Source: a virus
IMG/VR virus record: IMGVR_UViG_3300035158_000384
Coordinates: 31,754 to 95,753 of that record
DNA: 64,000 nucleotides
Direction: 5' to 3' (one strand)
Part shown: positions 56,202 through 64,000 of the stretch, piece by piece
Position numbering within the stretch: the stretch's first letter is position 1
How the letters are laid out: each line of letters opens with the position of its first letter
Notes under the pieces: generated by a model
Told to the model about the DNA's origin: nothing
What the model saw: only the letters and a program-made list of their open reading frames with translations
Databases searched by the model: none
Translations under genes and position numbers: made by a program

Positions 56202-56537
56202 TCAATCCTCACTACCCGTGTCGTCCTCTTTCTCCTTCTCGGCCAAGTCCATCTCCGTCTCAACCGAGTCATAATACTGTTGGGTTGCGTCGAGATAGTC
56301 AGGGTCCAGATAACCGGGGACTGGCTTACCTTCCAATTCCCACGCCTCTTGCTCTTCGGGGGTCAAAGCCTCGTACTCTGCGGCCTCTTCAGGAGTTGGT
56401 TTCCTGTCTTGGTTGTAGTAATTGTACCAATTGCCGTTGATCTCGCGAACTTCCTTAACAGGAATACCGACGCAACCGCCGATGCTCACAAGGGTCACAA
56501 CCGCAATTAATACCAGCCATGCCAACCTCGTCTTCAT
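56202..56537 (-). CDS. lipoprotein
   Basis: MKTR + hydrophobic stretch + IGG-C lipobox-like site. Confidence 0.65.
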   Translation of the reverse strand: MKTRLAWLVLIAVVTLVSIGGCVGIPVKEVREINGNWYNYYNQDRKPTPEEAAEYEALTPEEQEAWELEGKPVPGYLDPDYLDATQQYYDSVETEMDLAEKEKEDDTGSED

Positions 56538-56552
56538 CCTCTTTACTCCTTT

Positions 56553-56699
56553 TCACGTCTGTGCCTTTGAAAAATAGGTGTCAATGTACTCGCGATAACA
56601 CACGGGACAAACCACATGACACCCAATAAAAGCAAAGCCTATCGACATAGGGTAGTGATAAGCACACATCGCACATAGGTACGACAGGCTCACCCTCAT
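56553..56699 (-). CDS. 48-aa Zn-finger protein (below the ORF-track cutoff)
   Basis: MRVSLSYLCAMC...VCPVCY; ATG directly follows the upstream TGA. Confidence 0.5.
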   Translation of the reverse strand: MRVSLSYLCAMCAYHYPMSIGFAFIGCHVVCPVCYREYIDTYFSKAQT

Positions 56700-57269
56700 T
56701 CAAACGTCGTCGATGTCTTCGATGATGCGGATGCCAACGTAACCAGCCGCGGGATAAGTACGTTTTGACCCTGCGGGGGCTGTGACTTCAAACTCGCCCC
56801 AAAAGACACCTGTACGGTCGGTATCTCCTGTAACCCACTCGTACACGAGTTTGTTGTTGTCGTCACCGTCTACCAAAGCTGGTTGTGTTTGCAATTTCAA
56901 AAACCAAACGGTGGCTCCTCGCGGATAGTAAGCCGCCGGGGAAACCCCTCTGTCAAAGGTGACTTCTCCCGTCTGGTAGTCCACCGCGGAAACTGTCAAG
57001 ATTTCGTCGGACACGTTGCTCTCGATACGGCACTCGTCTCCAACACGTACTGTCTGAACCCACGTTTTGTTGGGGAATGTGACAGTAAAGGGGTCTGTCG
57101 GTTCAGCCACCTCATTCGGGAGCGATGTCTTGGCACCCATCGAGAAAGTGGCGGTGTACCCCGAGAGGTCTTTAGGGGTTGTACCATCAGACTCATAAAC
57201 CAAAAGCTCTACTGACGGCGCGGTATCGTGCCGTTTGAGTGTCACCGAAATTGACGAGGTAGTACCCAT
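56700..57269 (-). CDS. BppU-like Ig/baseplate-upper domain protein
   Basis: LKRHDT.P......DLSG.TA.F.M...YEW..GDT...G.F.GEFEVT.....TYP. Confidence 0.7.
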   Translation of the reverse strand: MGTTSSISVTLKRHDTAPSVELLVYESDGTTPKDLSGYTATFSMGAKTSLPNEVAEPTDPFTVTFPNKTWVQTVRVGDECRIESNVSDEILTVSAVDYQTGEVTFDRGVSPAAYYPRGATVWFLKLQTQPALVDGDDNNKLVYEWVTGDTDRTGVFWGEFEVTAPAGSKRTYPAAGYVGIRIIEDIDDV

Positions 57270-57281
57270 CTGTAAGCCTCC

Positions 57282-58691
57282 TTAGATTGCGCTTAGGGAG
57301 ATCACGTTTGCAGGGTTTGCCCCGTCAACAGGCGTTGTGACTGTCGGTTGTGTGTACACCCCGGCAATGATCAATTGCCCTGTGCTGTCCATCGTTATAA
57401 CTGCGTCCGAAGCACCCGCACCGGCGTCGATAAAGGTGGTGCCTCGAATCGATCCGTTTCCGGTGCTTTCGAAGTGCATCTTGCCGCGAGCATAATGCGC
57501 GATAAACTCCACCTCGGCGTTGTTTGTAACATGTACAGACGTGTCTGCCGTAGTCGCCGCGTTCGTCTGTCCATTCTGTCCGGCGAGCTTCCCTCTCAGA
57601 AGGTCTACAGCGTAACCCGTTCCGAGGTTGTTGAAATTCACGTTGTCGTAAACAACCATCGACCCGGAGCCGGTGTTTTCGAGTTTGATAGCAGCACCTG
57701 AACCCGAGTTGTTGACCTCACAATTGCTGATCCGCAATTGCTGGGGATTGGTTCCGGTAAACGTAAGTGTTGCATCCGCGCTGGACTGTGAAATGTCGAT
57801 GCCGAACCACGAGGAAATCTGATCCCCAACGGTGCCTGACTCGGTGTTTTCAAACGACATTTTCCCTGTCACCTTCGTCATGTAGTGCTTGCCACCATCC
57901 CACGCCTCAATAATGAGGTGAGGCTTCATAACAATGTCTTCGACGTAAACACCGGGTTTGACGATGATGCTCAAAGGGTTTGAATGCGTCGGCGAAGCGT
58001 TCCAAGCAGCGTCAATGGCATCCTGTATGGAATCGTAAGGATCACCTGCATCCTTTCCGACTACGTAGGGTGTAATGCCTGCCAGCTCGAGGTCGGCCAT
58101 CGTCGCCAGAGGGTTGTCGGTGTTCGGAGTGTGCGCACCGTTCAAAGCATCCTTCTGATCCGGCGTAACCCCAATGGAAACGCTTGGAGGTGTATGTCCC
58201 GTAATCATGTACTCGTCACCGGACGAAACACCTGCGGGGAACGGCAGAGAGGTGTTGAAAGTGAATGTGGTAGTCGTCAGTTCCCAGTCTGCGATTGTCG
58301 CGCTTACTCCCGCGGACGCTCCGGTCATCATTGTGAGCGTCAAACCATTCCAAAAGTCGGAGTCCTCTGTACGCGCCGTATCAACAACCGTCGTGGTTGA
58401 ACCACCTGTGGCTGTTCCGTGTGTAGTCGCGGGAATAGTTTGTTCGATAGCCAAAATGCCGCTGTCAATCTGAATCGACATGGTGGGGCCGATTTCAGAA
58501 TCGAAAACGTCGATAGCTTCGCTCGGAGCCAACGTGAAAGTGACAGTCTGGCCATTCACTTTTTTGTCGGTCTGCACGGTAACGCTTCGGGTGTTGCGGA
58601 TAGTCCTCAAGTTGTCAGCAGGCATGGCCCCTCCTGATAAGTCCCATGTGCGATAATCCCAAGTGTCTGTATCCCAAAAACGTACCGGCAT
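57282..58691 (-). CDS. tail spike/fibre with beta-helix domain
   Basis: GTATGGSTTT.VD..R.E...FWNG domain; YDSIQDAIDA...I.VKPG.Y.E beta-helix cap. Confidence 0.75.
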   Translation of the reverse strand: MPVRFWDTDTWDYRTWDLSGGAMPADNLRTIRNTRSVTVQTDKKVNGQTVTFTLAPSEAIDVFDSEIGPTMSIQIDSGILAIEQTIPATTHGTATGGSTTTVVDTARTEDSDFWNGLTLTMMTGASAGVSATIADWELTTTTFTFNTSLPFPAGVSSGDEYMITGHTPPSVSIGVTPDQKDALNGAHTPNTDNPLATMADLELAGITPYVVGKDAGDPYDSIQDAIDAAWNASPTHSNPLSIIVKPGVYVEDIVMKPHLIIEAWDGGKHYMTKVTGKMSFENTESGTVGDQISSWFGIDISQSSADATLTFTGTNPQQLRISNCEVNNSGSGAAIKLENTGSGSMVVYDNVNFNNLGTGYAVDLLRGKLAGQNGQTNAATTADTSVHVTNNAEVEFIAHYARGKMHFESTGNGSIRGTTFIDAGAGASDAVITMDSTGQLIIAGVYTQPTVTTPVDGANPANVISLSAI

Positions 58692-58730
58692 TCTGCCCTC
58701 CGTTCTTGCTACATTTATTTCTTGTTTTTG

Positions 58731-58758
58731 ATTCTACCACCGAATCGACCAAGCGCAA
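58731..58758 (-). promoter_or_regulatory. sigma70-type promoter TTGCGC-16-TAGAAT
   Basis: TG-extended -10 in the intergenic gap. Confidence 0.45.
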
Positions 58759-58764
58759 GCGTAT

Positions 58765-59904
58765 CTATTCGGAAACGGCTTCTTCCAGAACCTTGGTGTA
58801 CAGATCGGCAACGTCCACCCAATCATATTTACACGCCAAAGCGTGCGCTCGGTCTGTCAGAGCCTTCCTCTGCTTGCTCGACATACTCATAAGAGTAGTG
58901 ATCGCCGCCCTTATGGATTCGGGAGTGCTCTCACAAGGAATGCAAGCGTCCTCGGGACAATACCCGCCGATACCGCCTTGTCGTGTCGTGATCAACGGTG
59001 TCCGGGCGATCATGGCTTCAAGCCCCACGATCCCAAACGGCTCGTGAATTGAGGGAAACAACACAGCATCTGCGGACCTGAGCAACGCCACCTTCTCCAC
59101 GCCTTCCACAAACGGAATCTGGAATACCTCGGGACGTCTGTGCGCTGTCTGGCAAACACCCTGCCACAAATCACCTGCCTTCGCACCACCCACGAAGTGT
59201 AGTGCGGTGTCCTCGGGAAGCTCGAGATCAAACAACTTGTCCACGCCCTTTTGCGTGCTCATGCGTCCGATGTAAACGAGGTTGTGTTTGTACCCACCCG
59301 GAAATTCGTAGGGTTCCGTCGGCTGTGACCACATGTCCATGTCCAAACCGTTCGGGACGACCTTGGTTTTCTTCGAGTACTTCCCGATCATCAGGTCGCG
59401 ATAATACTCCGACGCGACAAGGAGTGTGTCACATGCGTCCATTGCCATCTGCTCAATCTGCGTCATGTAGTCGGAGAGCACTTGCACGTCCGGTCGGAGA
59501 GTACGCCTCTGCGGAGGGACGAGCTTCAGAACCTCCTCCCACCCGAAACGCACCAACTCAAAAAAAGGCACCACCGGGATGTCACGATGAAAAGCCACAC
59601 TCAGCGCCGACAGAATGACGTGGTAGTCAACAGCCACAATCAAGTCCGGTATGCCTCGCTGGTCGATAAATTTCTCGACCATGCCCACAAGCATCGTGTG
59701 AAGCTGGAAAGGTAGGTGGCCTTTGTCGGCGAACGATCCGTAAACGGCACCGATCTCCATACCCTGCCACTCGCCGCCTTCCCCGATGCAAAACACATCC
59801 ACGTCCAACCGCTCCGATAAGAGCGGCAACAAATACCTGTACTTCTCTCCTACCCCTCCCGATGGTCTCACCGGGCTGTCGGGCAGCAAGAACAAAACGC
59901 GCAT
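58765..59904 (-). CDS. GT4-family glycosyltransferase
   Basis: GG..., VVPNGLD, YIGR....KG, PSIHEPFGIVGLEAM. Confidence 0.9.
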   Translation of the reverse strand: MRVLFLLPDSPVRPSGGVGEKYRYLLPLLSERLDVDVFCIGEGGEWQGMEIGAVYGSFADKGHLPFQLHTMLVGMVEKFIDQRGIPDLIVAVDYHVILSALSVAFHRDIPVVPFFELVRFGWEEVLKLVPPQRRTLRPDVQVLSDYMTQIEQMAMDACDTLLVASEYYRDLMIGKYSKKTKVVPNGLDMDMWSQPTEPYEFPGGYKHNLVYIGRMSTQKGVDKLFDLELPEDTALHFVGGAKAGDLWQGVCQTAHRRPEVFQIPFVEGVEKVALLRSADAVLFPSIHEPFGIVGLEAMIARTPLITTRQGGIGGYCPEDACIPCESTPESIRAAITTLMSMSSKQRKALTDRAHALACKYDWVDVADLYTKVLEEAVSE

Positions 59905-59913
59905 AGGGTTCTC

Positions 59914-61878
59914 CTACGTTTGAGATTCGATGCCCCACAAATGCCAATTCGTGTACGCATCCACAGTCACACCCTGATAGATGTGATCTCCGCTGAACAA
60001 CCAAGAACCTTGCTGGTTCGGTGAGTAGTAACCGTACATACAGAACGCGAGAAACTTCTCCGTGGCTTCATTTGTGTACGCCCGCCACGATGCACCGCTT
60101 GTAAATGCCTCAAGCTGCTGCGGCGCGGTCCATGTACCTCCTGTACCGTCTGTGGACCGTGTAATGTCGCAAGTAAGGGATGTATTCCGGTAGATAAGCA
60201 ACCATTGGTCGAGCGTGCTGTCCCATGCAAGAACCGCCTCGGCTGCCAACGCCCGGTCTTTCGAGGAGATCGGGTTGCGAATCTGTGCGTTGTAGTTACC
60301 TGTGTTAATCAGAGGCCACGACCCGTCAGAATACGTCCACGTCGCACCGCCGTCATCGCTGTAATTGAACCTGATGTCCCCATCGGAGTACGGGAATGTG
60401 TAACCCGTAATCCCCCGATCAAAAGCGAACAACGCAATACCAATCTGATCCCCGTCTGTGCTCTGGAAAACGCAGACCTCTCCACCGTACATGAAATCGT
60501 CCTGCGTACAGACCTGCGACCAGTTACTCCCACCGTCGGTAGTTTTAACGAAGGCATTCTTCATGACGCCATACGCATTGCCTGTGGGCGACCCTGCGTC
60601 GGTGTAATAGGTGAATGCAGCAAAGAGATTGTTGGCGTCCACAGCCCTCAAATAGGCGATAGGTGTCGACCCATTCTGTCGGAAGCTGTTTGATACGCGA
60701 GTGTCGTAATCCGTGAACAAACCACAAGTCTCCACCGCGAAAATCTCACTCGGCGCGGTAGTGGTTATGTCCGTGGTTGAAAAGAGCCGAACGAAACAGT
60801 CTTCGCGGCACATGTGGAACAGAATGTCTGCGGTGAAATCCACCGTGCGCCCACCATATCCGGGGTTGTTCCCTCCCGCCAACCCGCCGGGTGTGGTCAG
60901 GTACATGCCAAACCTTCCGACCGTCTCGTCGTTCATGGTGTTATTGCCATACGACGTGGCCCTGTAGTTATAGGTGTTCCACCCGGAATTGGTGTCGTAG
61001 ATGCTCCATTCCCACTCGTAATCTACCAAGGCGAGGAAGAGGTCCGAGCCATCGTGATAACATGACGCACCAAAAGCACTCCCCATTAGATGACTCGGTA
61101 CCGCTTGCCATGTGTCGCCCGAATCGTCTGTATACCACGTTCCACCTGTCGTACCCGCCGCAGTTTGAGCGGTCACGATGCCACAATTGCCATCCTGCGG
61201 ATCAAACACAAGCTGGAAGTCGCAGAGCTTGTTGTTGGTGATGTCGCCACCCGTAGCCGTTGCACCTGTGTAGGGTGCGAGGTTGAAACTCTGACCACCT
61301 CCCGCTTCCGAGTTTTTGACCTCAACGACGAGCTTTGAAGTAGCTCCGCTGTTGTCCAGATACACGCTCTGAATTTGAAAATTGTACCCGTACAACTCTG
61401 AATTGTCGAACGGTACCGCTTTTGAATCATCGCCATACCCGAGCACAGGATTCGTCCCCATGCGCTCAAACACCGGACGTGAGACCGGATCGCTATCGTC
61501 GACATACTCCTGTGTCACAAGTTCGAACAGCCGACGTGTGTCCTCCGGGTCTTCTGTTATCATTAGCGCTCCACCGCTCGTTTCGGTGTTCAACGCCCCT
61601 GCGCCGAAATTGAAGCCGAACCGTGTGTAGGCGTATTCAGGAGCCTCCACCCACTCGATATTCTCAATGACAACAGACTCGTACAAGGCCCCCAAGTCCA
61701 ACCCTATACCGGGATGCTTGGCGTCCGTGTACACATAGGTGTCACCCGGATCGAGGGGTAATTCGGCAGCATCCGGTTGCGGGAGCCGTATCGTCCCGAT
61801 CCTGACAGGGTACTGCCCCAATGGAGCATTTGCGATATTAGCCTGTTTGAATATGCCCTTTTTGGCTCTCCAAGTCAT
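59914..61878 (-). CDS. Asp-box (BNR) beta-propeller protein, sialidase-like fold
   Basis: TDDSGDTW, KTTDGGSNW, SDDGGATW, STDGTGGTW. Confidence 0.7.
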   Translation of the reverse strand: MTWRAKKGIFKQANIANAPLGQYPVRIGTIRLPQPDAAELPLDPGDTYVYTDAKHPGIGLDLGALYESVVIENIEWVEAPEYAYTRFGFNFGAGALNTETSGGALMITEDPEDTRRLFELVTQEYVDDSDPVSRPVFERMGTNPVLGYGDDSKAVPFDNSELYGYNFQIQSVYLDNSGATSKLVVEVKNSEAGGGQSFNLAPYTGATATGGDITNNKLCDFQLVFDPQDGNCGIVTAQTAAGTTGGTWYTDDSGDTWQAVPSHLMGSAFGASCYHDGSDLFLALVDYEWEWSIYDTNSGWNTYNYRATSYGNNTMNDETVGRFGMYLTTPGGLAGGNNPGYGGRTVDFTADILFHMCREDCFVRLFSTTDITTTAPSEIFAVETCGLFTDYDTRVSNSFRQNGSTPIAYLRAVDANNLFAAFTYYTDAGSPTGNAYGVMKNAFVKTTDGGSNWSQVCTQDDFMYGGEVCVFQSTDGDQIGIALFAFDRGITGYTFPYSDGDIRFNYSDDGGATWTYSDGSWPLINTGNYNAQIRNPISSKDRALAAEAVLAWDSTLDQWLLIYRNTSLTCDITRSTDGTGGTWTAPQQLEAFTSGASWRAYTNEATEKFLAFCMYGYYSPNQQGSWLFSGDHIYQGVTVDAYTNWHLWGIESQT

Positions 61879-61880
61879 GC

Positions 61881-64000
61881 TTACCTCTCTCCCACCACCT
61901 TCAGAATCTTCACGGTGGCATTTGTTGCCATCGTGTCAATCGAGATGCCGAAGAAGATCGCCTCTATGTCATCGTCATCCAACGTGCAGTCGATAGTGAG
62001 GCGTTTGAATTTGTTTGCGTCCGTGTCGGCCACGGTGAGTGTTGCAGTAGTCGCAGACGAGAAGCTGTCGTCGATGCCGTCGTCCGCAGCAACCCAAAAC
62101 GCATCGAGGTTGATCACGGTATTTCCTGAAACTCCCGTACCTTCAACCACCAGCAAGACATCGAGAGTCACGGTCTTGCCGTCCCATCCAATGCCCGATT
62201 CAAGCTGGACAGACCCTTTGGCGGTGTCTGCGGCGGTAGTAAGCTCACCCGCCTGCAACGTGTCCGAACCTGAATTGATGGTAATGTCCGAGAGTGCTGC
62301 ACCGACGCTTCCGTCGTATTCCAATTCAGCCGGACCAACTGAGTAGGGGGTCGAACCTTGAACCACAGCAATCTCGTCAAGTGCAGCCTGTGTAGTTTCA
62401 CCAGCAAGCCCTGATGTGCTGTTATCGTAATTGACGCCTGTGGCAACCGTTGTTAGGACTTTGTCGTTATTGTCGAACGTGGGAGAGTTACCAGTCAACG
62501 TGCGCCATGACACAGCGTCAATTTTGACGTCACCGGGAGCTAACAGACCCGAGGTATGAAGTGTCGAACCAAACTGGTAAGTACTGCCTGTGAAACGACA
62601 ATTCATTATCCCCGGATAACCGTCGCTCGCATAACCACCAATCGACCCATCATCCGCAGGAGGTGAAAATTCAGCGGGGTGTGCCTTGTAGTCAATATCT
62701 CCAAACCGGCACCCATCAGCGTTGTAAATCGTAACGTAACCGGACAAAGTGGATTTAACGATTGAATCCGTGACCTCCAACCGGAAACCGCCATACGGAG
62801 GTTCCTCGGAGTAAATGTGCCCGTAGTCAGGGTCTGAATGCTCCACATCACAGTTTCTAATGTTGGCAATAATCTGAGCAACTGGAAGACCGCTGGCGTT
62901 CTGTACGTTGTACAGCCCTGCAAAGGAAGCGTTGGACGCTAGGAATATACCGTTTAGATCACCGCTGGTGCTGCTGGCTGCGCGGGTAAAACGTACTACA
63001 CCCGTCACGTCAAGGACAGGTACATCAATCGACCTGTACGCTCCTCCACCTATCCCCGACAAAATGAGAACAAAGTTACTATTACTTGGGCTTCCGTTAT
63101 CACCCTCATAAATAAGTTCACCATCGATCTGCACAAAAGTCCCTAGAATAGCTTGATACTTGTACCGAGGCAAATTGACGTCGCCGGTATAAGTACCCGG
63201 TGCTATCTTATAGATAATAGGGGTATCAATGTTGCCTGCCGTAACTGCCGGTAGATCAGCTATTGCACCATTTACCGTCTGGTACGGGTTTAGAGCACTC
63301 CCGTTTCCTGTTGTGTCGTTTCCGTAGCTTGCGTCGATATGGACAATCTCCGCGTTGTTGAAAATAGCAGGAGCCCCGATTTCGTCAATGGCATCCTGCA
63401 CGTTGGTTGCTGTCAAACCGGATGTGCTGTTGTCGTATGCCACACCTGCGGCTTCGTCGATAATATACTCGTTGGATGGAGCCGCACCTGTGTAAGTCGA
63501 CGACGCATCGATCCATAAGGAGTCGATACTTGTACAAACCAGCGTGGCGTTGCGGTAGACATATGCGTTGAGCTTGCTGTCGTTTGCCGCAAACGTACCG
63601 CCACCAGCAACAGAAGCCGTGATTAACGTAGCAAACGCCTGCGTAGAAGCTGTTACTGTGGCCAGCGTTTGACCTGCGCCGATGAGGATCGCGCTATCTT
63701 CAAATTCCCAATCACAATTATTGTCCCGCATGTCAATCAGCGGTGTAGTAGCCGCTAAAAACATGAAATTCACGTTACGAAACTTAACATTGGACCCATG
63801 CCAATTGTTCGTTATAGTTCCAAAACTCAAATTAGGCTTGCCGGAATGTGTCAGTTCCCCTTCGAACAAGATGTTCGACACATCCTTGTCTGCCGTGTCA
63901 CAATTTACAGTCATATCGTCGAGAATAAGGATGCGCCCACCCTTTGACCCCAAGGCGTCGATGGCGTCGTCGAAATTGTCGTAATCCGCTCCAGCAGGAG
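61881..64000 (-). CDS. tail spike/fibre with beta-helix domains (5'-truncated by the window edge)
   Basis: Frame open to 64000; YDNSTSGL.A...Q.A.DEI repeats, GND..GNGS..NPY.T...AI, APGTY. Confidence 0.75.
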   Translation of the reverse strand, partial: PAGADYDNFDDAIDALGSKGGRILILDDMTVNCDTADKDVSNILFEGELTHSGKPNLSFGTITNNWHGSNVKFRNVNFMFLAATTPLIDMRDNNCDWEFEDSAILIGAGQTLATVTASTQAFATLITASVAGGGTFAANDSKLNAYVYRNATLVCTSIDSLWIDASSTYTGAAPSNEYIIDEAAGVAYDNSTSGLTATNVQDAIDEIGAPAIFNNAEIVHIDASYGNDTTGNGSALNPYQTVNGAIADLPAVTAGNIDTPIIYKIAPGTYTGDVNLPRYKYQAILGTFVQIDGELIYEGDNGSPSNSNFVLILSGIGGGAYRSIDVPVLDVTGVVRFTRAASSTSGDLNGIFLASNASFAGLYNVQNASGLPVAQIIANIRNCDVEHSDPDYGHIYSEEPPYGGFRLEVTDSIVKSTLSGYVTIYNADGCRFGDIDYKAHPAEFSPPADDGSIGGYASDGYPGIMNCRFTGSTYQFGSTLHTSGLLAPGDVKIDAVSWRTLTGNSPTFDNNDKVLTTVATGVNYDNSTSGLAGETTQAALDEIAVVQGSTPYSVGPAELEYDGSVGAALSDITINSGSDTLQAGELTTAADTAKGSVQLESGIGWDGKTVTLDVLLVVEGTGVSGNTVINLDAFWVAADDGIDDSFSSATTATLTVADTDANKFKRLTIDCTLDDDDIEAIFFGISIDTMATNATVKILKVVGER

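Larger units (their letters stand above)
45..56205. repeat. dispersed 15-bp palindrome TTGAC(A/G)NNN(T/C)GTCAA
   Basis: Perfect copies at 45, 9838, 15827, 21816, 31824, 41749, 48816 and 56191; one-mismatch copies at 5268 and 35385. Confidence 0.85.

Noticed and set aside
55787-56537. Spanin pair
   Set aside because: A lipoprotein is present, but the partner lacks an N-terminal transmembrane helix and no endolysin or holin is adjacent; left as unknown
3963-63984. Numerous long plus-strand ORFs antisense to structural genes
   Set aside because: Shadow ORFs from codon bias of the minus-strand genes; no RBS or motifs
1-64000. tRNA/rRNA genes, integrase, portal, terminase, T4 late promoter TATAAATA, stop-codon reassignment
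   Set aside because: None recognised by eye; standard-code ORFs tile the window densely, and portal and terminase must lie outside it

Overview
The window is a 64-kb segment of a large tailed phage genome with a T4-like (gp23/gp21/gp13/gp14/gp15/gp18/gp19/gp25/gp26) myovirus morphogenesis module. Almost everything is on the minus strand. Positions 1-12.2 kb are an accessory/early region: a HAD 5'-deoxyribonucleotidase, a metallophosphoesterase, small Zn-finger, HTH and hypothetical genes, driven by repeated sigma70-type promoter cassettes. The only plus-strand genes form a three-gene island behind a sigma54-like promoter. Positions 12.3-42.5 kb encode tail fibres/spikes, a glycosyltransferase, a Val/Ser/Asp coiled-coil fibre, baseplate, tape measure, tube, sheath, neck, major capsid and protease-scaffold. 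Positions 42.5-64 kb hold small head-associated genes, a 3298-aa polyvalent protein (Nudix + HipA/PI3K-like kinase + probable ADP-ribosyltransferase-fold domain + tandem small beta-barrel repeats), a lipoprotein, further spikes, a second glycosyltransferase and an Asp-box (BNR) protein. The most unusual features are: (1) a stand-alone ~285-nt non-coding transcription unit (about 2278 to 1995, minus) made of four tandem covarying H-type pseudoknots, three of them at a 55-nt period; (2) a 15-bp palindrome TTGAC(A/G)NNN(T/C)GTCAA scattered every 4-10 kb, in promoters, at gene junctions and inside protein linkers; (3) the giant polyvalent head-region protein; (4) a probable +1 frameshift joining the gp26-like and gp51-like tail chaperones. 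All protein assignments come from motif recognition by eye; no database searches were run.
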